Positions 8,681-18,257 of a stretch of DNA of 55,293 nucleotides are shown in pieces. The stretch is from a virus (Duplodnaviria; Caudoviricetes). A program made the translations under genes and the position numbers. Under the pieces are notes generated by a model. The model was not told the origin of the DNA. It made no database searches and saw only the letters and a list, made by a program, of their open reading frames with translations. Within the stretch, counting starts at the first letter, position 1. Every line of letters begins with the position of its first letter. The stretch lies in IMG/VR virus record IMGVR_UViG_3300012940_000003, positions 1-55,293 of that record; one strand, 5' to 3'.

Positions 8681-8985
8681 CCGCGCCGCAGCTGTACACG
8701 CCGGAGCAGGCCGCCGAGCGGCTCGCCTGCAAGGCGTCGTGGATCAAACGCAAGGCCAGCGACGGCGAGATCCCGCACGTCCTGGTCGCCGGCCAGATCC
8801 GCCTCCGCGAATCCGACATGGCCGCGATCGTCGCGGCCGGCGAACGGCTCCCCGAGCAGGCGCCCGGGACGATCCCGGCCCGCCGCTCCCCCACCACCTC
8901 CGAGGCCGCGCCGCCGGGCGTGGCCCGTATCGAGCCGCGTGGTCACGCGCGGCGGATCAAGCCCCGTACGACCAGCTCTGCCTGA
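8677..8985 (+). CDS. Excisionase-like HTH protein
   Basis: LYTPEQAAERL...WIKRKA..GEIPH..VAGQIRL. Confidence 0.8.
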   Translation: MTAPQLYTPEQAAERLACKASWIKRKASDGEIPHVLVAGQIRLRESDMAAIVAAGERLPEQAPGTIPARRSPTTSEAAPPGVARIEPRGHARRIKPRTTSSA

Positions 8986-9047
8986 CACATGAGTCGGCCC
9001 CCACGCGGATGCAGCCGCGAGGGGGCCAGAAAAGGAGATGCACTCCG

Positions 9048-9281
9048 ATGGCAACTGTACCGAACCGAGGTCGGACGACAGCGTCGATCGACGAGCTGCT
9101 GACCCCGGCCGAGGTCGCCGCGATGTTTCGCGTCGACCCGAAGACCGTCACTCGCTGGGCCAAGGCCGGCAAGCTCACCTCGATCCGTACGCTCGGCGGG
9201 CACCGCCGTTACCGCAAGGCCGAGGTCCACGCGCTGCTCGCCGGGAGCGACACGGCCGGGCCCACCGGCGGTGCGGCGTGA
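9048..9281 (+). CDS. bldC: BldC-family MerR-like HTH regulator
   Basis: LLTPAEVAAMFRVDPKTVTRWAKAGKLTSIRTLGGHRRYR closely matches Streptomyces BldC as I recall it; AAGGAG RBS upstream. Confidence 0.9.
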   Translation: MATVPNRGRTTASIDELLTPAEVAAMFRVDPKTVTRWAKAGKLTSIRTLGGHRRYRKAEVHALLAGSDTAGPTGGAA

Positions 9282-9559
9282 GCGCCGTGCCGGGGGTCCC
9301 GGCCGACGGGCTGGGCGTCGACGTCTCCGTCTGGGCCGTCCGCGTCGGCGACCGGATTATCCGCGACGAGACCCTGGTCACGGTCGTTGACCGCTACGGC
9401 CGGTTCGGCGACCTGTACCTGAAATGGGAGGGCACCGAGCGGGACAGCGACGGGATCCCCGTCATGTCCGGCATCACGCACGTCCGTCCTGGTGAGCAGG
9501 ACACGGTGCGGTTGGTGGAGCGCCCGACGGTGGTCGAGGTACCGGGGAGCACGTCGTGA
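9278..9559 (+). CDS. Hypothetical protein
   Basis: GTGA-coupled in the early operon. Confidence 0.65.
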   Translation: MSAVPGVPADGLGVDVSVWAVRVGDRIIRDETLVTVVDRYGRFGDLYLKWEGTERDSDGIPVMSGITHVRPGEQDTVRLVERPTVVEVPGSTS

Positions 9560-9963
9560 TCCCCGCGGCGGAGCTGGCCGGGAAGATCGGCGTCCCGACC
9601 TACATGGAGGAGATCGAGGTCGGGACCGAGGTCGCCATCCCCGGCCTGGACTACCTCGTCACCATCAGGGACACCGACACCGCCGCGCGGCGTACGGACG
9701 ACAGCTCCGTGGTGCACGTCGTGGTGCTCACGTACGAGCGCATCGACGGCGCGCCGTGTGCGTACGAGGCGCCGAAGCTGGCGCGCCTCCGCCGGTACGT
9801 CCCGCTCGACGAGACGAAGCTGAGCGCCTCGTACGGCACGCTGACCAAGGACGAGACGGCCGAGCTGGTGCCCGCGCTGGTCGACGAGGTCGAGTCGCTG
9901 CGCACCAAGCTGGAAGAGTCCCGGCGGATCCGCGCATCCCTCACCCCGGGCGGTGTCCGGTGA
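9556..9963 (+). CDS. Hypothetical protein
   Basis: GTGA-coupled. Confidence 0.7.
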   Translation: MIPAAELAGKIGVPTYMEEIEVGTEVAIPGLDYLVTIRDTDTAARRTDDSSVVHVVVLTYERIDGAPCAYEAPKLARLRRYVPLDETKLSASYGTLTKDETAELVPALVDEVESLRTKLEESRRIRASLTPGGVR

Positions 9964-10133
9964 GGGGCGAGAGGCGGCGCAAGCCGACCGGCCAGGAGCA
10001 CCAGGCGCAGCAGACCCAGACCTGCGGCCAGTGCGGCCAGCCGATCACGGCCCGGAGCAAGTCCGATCTCGCGTCCGCCATGGCCAACCACACGGCGCGG
10101 CACAACGCGAAGCGGCGGGGTGGTGCACGGTGA
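9960..10133 (+). CDS. Small C2H2-like zinc-finger protein
   Basis: CGQC...HTARH; coupled on both sides. Confidence 0.55.
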   Translation: MRGERRRKPTGQEHQAQQTQTCGQCGQPITARSKSDLASAMANHTARHNAKRRGGAR

Positions 10134-10390
10134 CCGCCCGCAAGACTGCGATCCGGGAGCCGCGGCACGCCGTGGCGTACGGGGTCCCCGAGCGGATCCG
10201 CCCGTGCGAGTCCCGGGACCACGCGCTGGCGTGCCTGGCCGGCTGGCCGGAGGAGAAGGGGCCGGCGTACTACGTCGAGCGGACGGCCGCCGGTTGGCGG
10301 CCGCCGTTGGGCAAGCCCGGCCGACGCTACGCGATCGTGTACGCGCCGGACCCGTACGGCAAGGACGTCGCCGAGGGCGGTGCGCGGTGA
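10130..10390 (+). CDS. Hypothetical protein
   Basis: GTGA-coupled. Confidence 0.6.
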   Translation: MTARKTAIREPRHAVAYGVPERIRPCESRDHALACLAGWPEEKGPAYYVERTAAGWRPPLGKPGRRYAIVYAPDPYGKDVAEGGAR

Positions 10391-10578
10391 CCGGCCCGGC
10401 GTGGACGTGCGGCCACGGTGTGCCGCTCGGCCAGTACTGCGCCCGCTGCGCCGGGGGCGGCGTCCGCCGCCGCCTCGCGGCCGGCGCGCTGACGCTCACC
10501 CTCCGGGCGCTGCTCGCCGTGCTGCCGGAGCGGCACACCGAGTGCCCCGACCGCGGATGCGGTGGGGGTGCCCGGTGA
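10387..10578 (+). CDS. Small Cys/His-rich protein
   Basis: CGHG...CARC...HTEC..C; coupled. Confidence 0.55.
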   Translation: MTGPAWTCGHGVPLGQYCARCAGGGVRRRLAAGALTLTLRALLAVLPERHTECPDRGCGGGAR

Positions 10579-11435
10579 CCGATCCGAAGCTGGCACGCGC
10601 CACCGACAACGGCCGCTACTACGACGACCCTGCCGACGGCGCATCGGTCATGTCCGTGACCAACGCCCTGTCCGAATGGGCCAAGCCCGCCCTCGCCCCG
10701 GCCGCGGCCAAGGCCACCGCCGAGTACATCGTCGACCACCTTCCCGCCGCCGTCCGCGCCTCCCGTACTGAGGAGGCGCGGCAGGAGTTCCTGCGCGAGG
10801 CCAAGGCCCACCACCGCACGGTGTGGGACAACCGCCGCGACCTCGGCTCCCTCGTCCACCACCACGCCGAGGCCCTCGTGCTCGGTCAGCCGATACCGGA
10901 GGACGAGCGCGTCGCTCCGTTCATCGACTCCTACCAGGAGTGGATGAACGATTTCGGCGTCGACATCGAGCAGGACGTCGAGTCCGCCGAGGTGACGGTG
11001 TTCTCGCGGTCGCGGCCGACGCTGCGGTACGGCGGGACGGCGGACCTCTGGGTGAACCTGCGGCACCTGCCGAAGCCGTACGACCGGGGCCTGTGGCTGG
11101 TCGACATCAAGACGTCGCTCACGAAGCCGGCCAGCACGGTGTACCGCGACCACGTCCTCCAGCTCGCCGCGCTCCGCTACGCGGACGTCGCGGTCCTGCC
11201 GGACGACAGCGAGGTCGAGGTCCCGGAGTTCGCGGGTGCGGCGATCCTCAACCTGCGCCAGAAGACCACTCGCCGGCAGCAGGGCTACGGGTTCGTGCCG
11301 CTGCCCGCCGACGAGCTGGCGCACCTCACGTTCCTGTCTCTGCTCGGCGTCGCCTACTACGCGCACGCCCTCGATCTGAAGACCCACAAGCCGATCAAGG
11401 CGCCGGTGCTGCGCGCCGTGAAGGGGGTGGCCTGA
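10575..11435 (+). CDS. PD-(D/E)XK exonuclease (RecE/RecB-like)
   Basis: SVTNAL, GSLVH, E-x-TV, YGGTADL, VDIKTS and LQLAALR motifs. Confidence 0.85.
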   Translation: MTDPKLARATDNGRYYDDPADGASVMSVTNALSEWAKPALAPAAAKATAEYIVDHLPAAVRASRTEEARQEFLREAKAHHRTVWDNRRDLGSLVHHHAEALVLGQPIPEDERVAPFIDSYQEWMNDFGVDIEQDVESAEVTVFSRSRPTLRYGGTADLWVNLRHLPKPYDRGLWLVDIKTSLTKPASTVYRDHVLQLAALRYADVAVLPDDSEVEVPEFAGAAILNLRQKTTRRQQGYGFVPLPADELAHLTFLSLLGVAYYAHALDLKTHKPIKAPVLRAVKGVA

Positions 11436-11436
11436 C

Positions 11437-12558
11437 ATGGCCGGACGGATCCTGACCCTCCAGCGCCAGGCCCGCGAACTCGGCCGGCTCCGTACGGGCT
11501 ACACCGACGTGTCCGGTAAGAAGCCGCGGCCAGTGAAGTCGGAGACGTGGGTGGTCACCTCGCACGCCGAGCACTACGTGCGCGCGGCCGCCGAGGTGTG
11601 GGGCGGCACGCCGGAGAAATGGCAGCCGCTCGGGAACGGCGCCGCGCAGTGGCGCGTGATCACCGATGCGCCCACCCTGGACGCGGTCCTTCCGCCGGGG
11701 GATCCACTGTCGCAGTCGTACGAGCTGTGGTCGCGGGGCGGCGCGCAGCGCCGGTGCGACGGCATGACCGAGTCGCTATCGGACGAGCCGTGCGTGTGCC
11801 GGGCGCAGTGGGGCGACGCGTTCCACGAGGTCGCGCCGCGCGACGAGGCGTGCAAGGTCACGACACGGCTGAACGTCATCTTGCCGTCGATGCCGGACAT
11901 CGGGGCATGGCGGGTCGAGACGCACTCGTACTACTCGGCGAACGAGATGGCCGCCGCGGTGGACGTGATGAAGGGCTCCATCGGCGACGCCGCGATGATC
12001 CCCGTACGGCTGCGGATCGAGCAGCGCACACGGGTCGCGGCCGGCCAGACGAAGCACTTCCCGGTCGTGGCCGTCGAGTTGCGCGGCGCGACGGCCGGGC
12101 AACTGCTCGCCGGGAACACGTCGGCGGTGGCGATCGGCGGCGCGGAGCGGCAGGCCATCGAGGCCGGCACCGCGGCCGCGCCGGGTGGCCGGGACTTCGT
12201 GGCGGAGATCCAAGCTGCGGAGTCGCGGGAGAAGGTCGTCGAGGTGTGGGGCGCGGCGAAGGCCGCCGCCAACCACGGTGTGCCGGTCGACGCCACCGCG
12301 GTCGAGTCCGCCGCCCGGACACGCGTCGCCGAGCTGGAGCCGCCGGTCGACACCCCGCCGCCGCCCGACGCGCCTCCGGCTGGGCAGAGCGTGGACGGGC
12401 TGTGGATGCAGATCATCGCGGCCTGGCCCGGCGACTCCACCGCGGAGATCGAGGTCGCATTCGCGAAGCGGTACGAGGGGCTGCTTCCCGACTCCGCCGA
12501 CGTGGCGCAGCTGGCTGAGTTCCTGGCCGCGGTGCAGGCCGGGCAGGTGAGGGCATGA
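11437..12558 (+). CDS. Recombination directionality factor-like (Gp3-like) protein
   Basis: ELGRLRTG...ELWSRGG..RRCDG...CK..TRLNV.L...G.WR.ETHS pattern. Confidence 0.75.
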   Translation: MAGRILTLQRQARELGRLRTGYTDVSGKKPRPVKSETWVVTSHAEHYVRAAAEVWGGTPEKWQPLGNGAAQWRVITDAPTLDAVLPPGDPLSQSYELWSRGGAQRRCDGMTESLSDEPCVCRAQWGDAFHEVAPRDEACKVTTRLNVILPSMPDIGAWRVETHSYYSANEMAAAVDVMKGSIGDAAMIPVRLRIEQRTRVAAGQTKHFPVVAVELRGATAGQLLAGNTSAVAIGGAERQAIEAGTAAAPGGRDFVAEIQAAESREKVVEVWGAAKAAANHGVPVDATAVESAARTRVAELEPPVDTPPPPDAPPAGQSVDGLWMQIIAAWPGDSTAEIEVAFAKRYEGLLPDSADVAQLAEFLAAVQAGQVRA

Positions 12559-13307
12559 GCCGCCGCGGCTGGCACTACGGCCGGATGATCGCGTTCGACA
12601 CCGAGACCACCGGCGTCGACGTCGAGACCGCGCGGATCGTCACGGCCGCCGTCGTTGACGTCGACGGCGCCACCGGCCGTACGGACGTCGCCGCCTGGCT
12701 CGCCGATCCGGGCGTCGAGATCCCCGACGAGGCCGCCAAGATCCATGGCGTCACCACCGAGCACGCCCGGGCGCATGGGCGTCCGGCGCGTGAGGTGATC
12801 GCGGAGATCGCCTGGCTGATCGGCCGGACCGTCGGCGCCACCACGCCGCTGGTCGTGTACAACGCGCCGTACGACATCACCTTGCTGGACCGGGAGTTGC
12901 GGCGCCACGGCGTTGCGGTGCAGCTCCCGGACCGGCTGCACGTCATCGACCCGCTGGTGATCGACAAGGGCATCGACCGCTACAGGAAGGGCTCCCGCAA
13001 GCTGACCGACACCGCGGCCCACTACGGCGTGCCCATGCAGGACGGTACGGCCCACGGGTGTGAGGCCGACGCGCTGGCCGCCGCGCGAGTCGCCTGGCGC
13101 ATCGCCGCGACGAATCCGCAGATCGCCGGCCTGTCGCTGGCCGAGCTGCACGCCCGGCAAGTGGCTTGGCACGCCGAGCAGGCCAGCTCGTTCGCCGACT
13201 ACCTGCGGAAGAAGGGGAAGGCGGCCGAGGCCGACGGTGTATCGCGGGTGTGGCCGATGCGCCCGTACACCCTGGAGTCCGCCGCGGCCGGGGCGGTGGC
13301 GCCATGA
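12555..13307 (+). CDS. DEDDh 3'-5' exonuclease (DnaQ-like)
   Basis: FDTETTG, YNAPYD and AHGCEADA motifs. Confidence 0.92.
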   Translation: MSRRGWHYGRMIAFDTETTGVDVETARIVTAAVVDVDGATGRTDVAAWLADPGVEIPDEAAKIHGVTTEHARAHGRPAREVIAEIAWLIGRTVGATTPLVVYNAPYDITLLDRELRRHGVAVQLPDRLHVIDPLVIDKGIDRYRKGSRKLTDTAAHYGVPMQDGTAHGCEADALAAARVAWRIAATNPQIAGLSLAELHARQVAWHAEQASSFADYLRKKGKAAEADGVSRVWPMRPYTLESAAAGAVAP

Positions 13308-13753
13308 GCTGGATCGTCCGCCTGACCGGGCAGGGCTGCGACTACGGGCCCTTCACCGACCGGGCGACCGCCGACAGCTTCGCCGCGTTCCTGGCCGCCG
13401 AGGTCGACCCGGCCGAGGTCATCCCCGCCGGCCCGAACCCCACCAACCTCATGGACCCCGTCCGCGAGCTGCTGGCCTGGCGGGACATGCATCTCGACCC
13501 CACCCACCAGGCGCCGCCGTGTAAGGACCGCACCGCGCTGGCCGCGGCCGCGCACGTGAGCCGCGATGTCGTCATGGTCGCGTCGGCCCTCGCCGCGTGG
13601 CTGCGCGACCCGGGCGCGAACGGCCAGGTCCCGGGCAACGCGGACCGGATGCTCGCGCACATCGCCGAGACCGCGAACGCGGCCCGGGCGCTGCTCGCCC
13701 GTGAGGCCGCCGACCTGGACAAGATCCGCACGATCGGAGACACCCCCGAATGA
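13304..13753 (+). CDS. Hypothetical protein
   Basis: ATGA-coupled. Confidence 0.65.
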   Translation: MSWIVRLTGQGCDYGPFTDRATADSFAAFLAAEVDPAEVIPAGPNPTNLMDPVRELLAWRDMHLDPTHQAPPCKDRTALAAAAHVSRDVVMVASALAAWLRDPGANGQVPGNADRMLAHIAETANAARALLAREAADLDKIRTIGDTPE

Positions 13754-13995
13754 CCGGACCCGAGCACTACCGCAAAGCCGAGCGGCTCGCCGACCAGGCG
13801 AACCACTTCACCTACGGCGACGGCGCCGACCCCGTCACCGGTGCAGCGCTGGCCGCAGAGGCGCAGGTGCACGCGACGCTCGCGCTGGCCGCCGCCACCG
13901 CGATGTCCGCCGATTGGGACATGCCCAAGGCCGACGCCACCGCCTGGTTCGACGCGGCCGGCACCCCCGAGCCGGAGGGCGGTGCGAGCGAATGA
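13750..13995 (+). CDS. Hypothetical protein
   Basis: MTGPEHYRKAERL...AQVHATLALAAAT; coupled. Confidence 0.75.
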   Translation: MTGPEHYRKAERLADQANHFTYGDGADPVTGAALAAEAQVHATLALAAATAMSADWDMPKADATAWFDAAGTPEPEGGASE

Positions 13996-14471
13996 CCCCC
14001 GACCACGACGTCCTCGTCCTCGCCGAGATGCGCGATCGCTTCCCGATCGCCGCCTGGACGCTGCCGCCCCACCGGCGCGGCATCGTCGAGGGCCTCATCT
14101 CCCCGGCCACCGTGCCCCACTGCCAGCAGGCGGAGAAGGTCGTGCGCGACCTTGGCAACTCCGGCCCCGGCTGGACGTTCCGCCAGCGGGAGGGCTACGC
14201 CCCCGGCTTCTGGTCGGCCGAAGCGACCGGCCGCTGGAAGGGCGTGGAGGTCATCCTCCGGGCCACGCTGCCGATCCCTCAGCAGGCCCTGCCCCCCGCC
14301 CCGGCGCCCGCGCCGCTGCTCGACCAGCCCGCCGAGCAGGCGGTCGAGCCGCACGACACCGGCTCGAAGCGGTGGCGCCGTGGCAAACGCGGCCAGCACC
14401 CGGGCCCCGTCGCCACGGCCACCCCCGGCGAGGACGGCCCGCCCACCCAGACCATGGGGGCGATCGCCTGA
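13992..14471 (+). CDS. Hypothetical protein
   Basis: ATGA-coupled. Confidence 0.6.
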   Translation: MTPDHDVLVLAEMRDRFPIAAWTLPPHRRGIVEGLISPATVPHCQQAEKVVRDLGNSGPGWTFRQREGYAPGFWSAEATGRWKGVEVILRATLPIPQQALPPAPAPAPLLDQPAEQAVEPHDTGSKRWRRGKRGQHPGPVATATPGEDGPPTQTMGAIA

Positions 14472-14815
14472 TGGACGCGTTCGTCACCATCGGCGGTGCC
14501 GTCGCCATCGGCACCGCCTGGGTGCTCGGCCGTACCGAGCGCCCCGCCTACCGGGCCTCGGTCCGCGCGCAGGAGTACGCCGTCGCCCGCGCCGACGTAC
14601 TGCGGCTGCGGACCGAGGCGGACGAGGCCCGCCAGGACGCGGCCAACGCACGCGCCGACGCCCGGGCGCGCGCCGGCGAGCTGGCCGACGCCAACGCCGC
14701 GCTCGGCCGGGTGCAGGCGTACGCCGACCGGCTGCGCACCGCGGATCCGGCCGGGGCCGCCGCGCTCGACGCCGAGATCAACGGCAGTCGCGACCGCGCG
14801 GAGGTGCCGACGTGA
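14471..14815 (+). CDS. Membrane-anchored coiled-coil protein
   Basis: Hydrophobic N-terminus followed by an Ala/Arg helical region. Confidence 0.6.
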   Translation: MDAFVTIGGAVAIGTAWVLGRTERPAYRASVRAQEYAVARADVLRLRTEADEARQDAANARADARARAGELADANAALGRVQAYADRLRTADPAGAAALDAEINGSRDRAEVPT

Positions 14816-15234
14816 TCACCTGGCCTGGCGTCGCCGCCATCGCGATCTTCCCCACGGCCCTCGCGGTGATCATGTGGGTCGCCACCGCCCACAACCGGGC
14901 CCGCTGGCGCCGCGGCGTCCGCGCCGTCGAGCGTGCCGCCGCCCGGGATGCGATCGGCCGCGAGTACGAAGCGGAGCTGGCCGACCTCCGGGCCCGCAAC
15001 GGCGCGCTGCACCGCGAGATCCACGAGAACCGCGCCGAGCTGGCCGACACCCTCCGCGAACGCGACGCGGCACGGGCCACCGTGACGCGCGTCGAGGCGC
15101 TGCTGCTCGACCTCACCCGCCGCGGTCAGTACGTATCCGCGCGCCGCGTCGCCGCCGCTCTGCAGGGCGCACCGTCCCTGGCTGACGCCGTGCTGCCCGA
15201 GCTGGACGACACCACACCGGAGGTGTCGCGGTGA
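14812..15234 (+). CDS. Membrane-anchored coiled-coil protein
   Basis: N-terminal TM followed by a heptad-like region. Confidence 0.65.
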   Translation: MITWPGVAAIAIFPTALAVIMWVATAHNRARWRRGVRAVERAAARDAIGREYEAELADLRARNGALHREIHENRAELADTLRERDAARATVTRVEALLLDLTRRGQYVSARRVAAALQGAPSLADAVLPELDDTTPEVSR

Positions 15235-16556
15235 GCACCTATGCCGAGTTCCTCGCCTCCAAGCGCCGGCGCGTCCAGCCCGCGGGTCGGCCGGTCGAGC
15301 CTGGCGCGGTGCACCCGATGCTGCACGAGTGGCAGCGCCGCATCGTGGCGTGGGCCGTCCGCACGGGCCGATGCGCCCTGTGGGCGGACACGGGCCTGGG
15401 CAAGACGCTCATGCAGTTGGAGTGGGCGCGGCTGTCCGGCGACCGGGCGCTGATCGTGGCGCCGCTGGCCGTCTGTGAGCAGACCGTGCGCGAGGCCGCG
15501 AAGATCGGCGCTGACGCACGCTACGTCCGTACGGACAGCGACGCGGATGGGCCGGGGATCTGGGTCACGAACTACGAGATGGCCACCCGGTTCGCGCCCG
15601 AGAAGCTGGACGCGGTCGTGCTCGATGAGGCGTCCATCCTCAAGGCCCACGACGGCAAGACCCGCACCGCGCTGATCCGCCACTTCGCGTCCGTGCCGCA
15701 CCGGCTCGCGGCCACGGCCACGCCGGCGCCGAACGACGTGGAGGAGTTGACCAACCAGGCGGAGTTCCTGGGCGTGATGCCCCGGGTGGAGATGCTGGCC
15801 ACGTACTTCGTGCGGGACGGGAAGTCGAACCGCTGGCGGGTGAAGGGCCACGCCCGGGAGCCGATGGCCCGATGGATGTCCGGCTGGGCGCTCGCGCTGC
15901 GCCGGCCGTCGGACATCGGCGGGGACGACGCCGGGTACGAGCTGCCCGGCCTGGACATCCTGTCGCACCTGGTGCCCGTCGACGCGTTGCGCGACGCCCC
16001 GGAGGGTGAGCTGTTCGCTGCCGGGCTCGGCGGTGTGGGCGGCCGGGCGAAGGTCCGCAAGGCCACCATGGACGCCCGCTGTGCGCGCGCTGCCGAGCTG
16101 GTCGCGGCCGAGCCGGGCGAGGCCTGGATTCTGTGGTGCGGGCTGAACACCGAGGCCGAGCGGCTCGCCGCGCTGGTACCCGGCGCGATCAACGTGCACG
16201 GCGCGCTGTCGCCGGAGGAGAAGGCCGCCGCGCTGCTGGACTTCGCCGACGGCCGCACCCGCGTGCTGATCACCAAGCCGTCCATCGCCGGGTACGGGCT
16301 GAACTTCCAGCGCTGCGCCCGCATGGCCTTCGTCGGCCTCAGTGACTCGTACGAGCAGTACTACCAGGCCATCCGCCGGTCCTACCGGCACGGCCAACAG
16401 CGCCCCGTCCACGCGCACGTCGTGCTGTCGGAGCTGGAAGCGCCCATCGCGGACAACGTCCGCGCCAAGGAGACCGAAGCCGCCCGCATGATCGGCGATC
16501 TCGTCGCCGCGATGCGCCCCGCCTGGGCGGCCGACCCGGAGGGGACCGCAGCGTGA
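15231..16556 (+). CDS. SNF2-like superfamily 2 helicase
   Basis: DTGLGKT, LDEAS, TATP, GYGLNFQ and QAIRRSYRHGQ motifs. Confidence 0.92.
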   Translation: MSTYAEFLASKRRRVQPAGRPVEPGAVHPMLHEWQRRIVAWAVRTGRCALWADTGLGKTLMQLEWARLSGDRALIVAPLAVCEQTVREAAKIGADARYVRTDSDADGPGIWVTNYEMATRFAPEKLDAVVLDEASILKAHDGKTRTALIRHFASVPHRLAATATPAPNDVEELTNQAEFLGVMPRVEMLATYFVRDGKSNRWRVKGHAREPMARWMSGWALALRRPSDIGGDDAGYELPGLDILSHLVPVDALRDAPEGELFAAGLGGVGGRAKVRKATMDARCARAAELVAAEPGEAWILWCGLNTEAERLAALVPGAINVHGALSPEEKAAALLDFADGRTRVLITKPSIAGYGLNFQRCARMAFVGLSDSYEQYYQAIRRSYRHGQQRPVHAHVVLSELEAPIADNVRAKETEAARMIGDLVAAMRPAWAADPEGTAA

Positions 16557-17503
16557 CCGAGATCGACACCGCACCCGCCGCCGTGCCGGACAACGGGATG
16601 GAGATGGCGTACGACGCGTACGTGGAGGATGTCGCCACCGGCGACGGCTGGCGCCTCCACCTGGCCGACGCCTGCGAACTCCTGCCCCGGCTGGACGACG
16701 ACTCCATCGACATGTCCGTGTTCAGCCCACCGTTCGCGAGCCTGTTCACCTACTCGGCCAGCCCCCGCGACCTCGGCAACAGCCGGGACATGGAGGAGTT
16801 CCTCAAGCACTACGCGTTCATCACGGGCGAGCTCGCCCGCGTCATGCGGCCCGGCCGGATCGTCGCCGTGCACGCCGCCGACTACCCGACGACGAAGGCG
16901 CACCACGGCGTCACCGGATTGAAGGATCTGCCCGGCGCGCTGATCGCCGCGCACGTCGCCGCCGGGTTCGTTTACCACGGCCGCGTCATGATCGATAAGA
17001 ACCCGCAGGCCCAGGCCCAGCGCACGAAGGCTCAAGCGCTGCTCTTCGTGCAGAAGAACCGCGACTCCGTGATGACGCGGCCGGCGATCGGCGACAGCCT
17101 GCTGATCTTTCGGGCGCCGGGCGAGAACCAGGTCCCGATCAAGACGGACGTCACGAACGAGGAATGGATCGCCTGGGCCCGGCCCGTGTGGCTGGACATC
17201 CGGGAGACGAACACCCTGAACGAGCGCGTCGCCCGGGAGGACGCCGACGAGCGGCACATCTGCCCGCTGCAGCTGGAGTTCATCGAACGGTGCATCCGAC
17301 TGTGGTCCAACCGCGGCGAGACCGTGCTGTCCCCGTTCGCCGGCATCGGCTCCGAGGGTTACGTCGCGGTCGGCGCCGGCCGCCGCTTCATCGGGACCGA
17401 GTTGAAGGCGTCGTACTGGCACACCGCGGTGGACAACCTCCGGCGCGCCGAAGCTGAAGCCGAGACCGCCGCCGACGCCGCCCTGTTCGAGGCGGCACCG
17501 TGA
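16553..17503 (+). CDS. DNA methyltransferase (N4-C/N6-A, beta-type order)
   Basis: FSPPF catalytic motif precedes the VLSPFAGIGS SAM-binding motif. Confidence 0.92.
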   Translation: MTEIDTAPAAVPDNGMEMAYDAYVEDVATGDGWRLHLADACELLPRLDDDSIDMSVFSPPFASLFTYSASPRDLGNSRDMEEFLKHYAFITGELARVMRPGRIVAVHAADYPTTKAHHGVTGLKDLPGALIAAHVAAGFVYHGRVMIDKNPQAQAQRTKAQALLFVQKNRDSVMTRPAIGDSLLIFRAPGENQVPIKTDVTNEEWIAWARPVWLDIRETNTLNERVAREDADERHICPLQLEFIERCIRLWSNRGETVLSPFAGIGSEGYVAVGAGRRFIGTELKASYWHTAVDNLRRAEAEAETAADAALFEAAP

Positions 17504-17880
17504 CGGCCGAGCTGTTCGACTCCGCGCCCTGGCGGGTGGCCCCGGCCCCGCCGGAGGTCGACGACCGTACGCCGGAGCAGCGGCGCCGGGACCGGCAGCT
17601 CCGCCTGCTGGAGACCGGCGTCCACCCCATCACCCACCGGCGACTGCACGTCGACGCGCCGCCGCCCGGCGACCGGAACGCGCCGGGCCCGCGCTGCGGT
17701 ACGTGCCGGTTCCGGGAGCTGTTCCAGCACCACGACCGCCGGTGGCCGAAGTGCTTCTACGGCTGGGACGGCGACTACCGGCACGACGTCCCGTACGCCA
17801 GCCACGGCGCCGCGACCGACGTCCGCGCATGGTGGCCGGCCTGCGTCGCGTACGAGACCCGAGAGGAGGCCGCGTCGTGA
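17500..17880 (+). CDS. Hypothetical Cys-containing protein
   Basis: CGTC...WPKC...DVRAWWPAC; coupled. Confidence 0.75.
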   Translation: MTAELFDSAPWRVAPAPPEVDDRTPEQRRRDRQLRLLETGVHPITHRRLHVDAPPPGDRNAPGPRCGTCRFRELFQHHDRRWPKCFYGWDGDYRHDVPYASHGAATDVRAWWPACVAYETREEAAS

Positions 17881-18257
17881 TCGCCGACCCGTGGCCCTGG
17901 CCGATGCCGAAGGTCGACGCCGACTGGATCTATGAGCACGTCATCGCCAGCTACCACTGGGCTACCTGGACCGGCGACTGGCGAACCAGCGTGGCCGCGA
18001 ACGAGCGCAACCCGGAGTGCGAGCCCGGCGGCATGGGCCAGGTGGACCCGCCTCCAGCGTTCGTCCATTACTGCGAGCGGCGCGTATGCACGCTCGTCGG
18101 TCCTGGCCGTATTCACAAGGACTGGTCGCGCGGCTTCCCGTACCTGTCGTTTGCGGTGTGGCTTCCCCATGCCGTCGACCCGTACCGCCGCGAGCCTGAG
18201 CCAGACGACGAGGTCGGCGAGCTCAGCCAGCTCGAACTGTTCGGAGCGGTCGCATGA
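17877..18257 (+). CDS. Hypothetical protein (ends QLELF, clamp-binding-like)
   Basis: Coupled ORF. Confidence 0.6.
   Translation: MIADPWPWPMPKVDADWIYEHVIASYHWATWTGDWRTSVAANERNPECEPGGMGQVDPPPAFVHYCERRVCTLVGPGRIHKDWSRGFPYLSFAVWLPHAVDPYRREPEPDDEVGELSQLELFGAVA

Noticed and set aside
10575-11435. Cas4/CRISPR-associated nuclease
   Set aside because: No Fe-S cysteine cluster; typical phage recombination context
15231-17503. Complete restriction-modification or DISARM/BREX system
   Set aside because: No nuclease or other system genes adjacent
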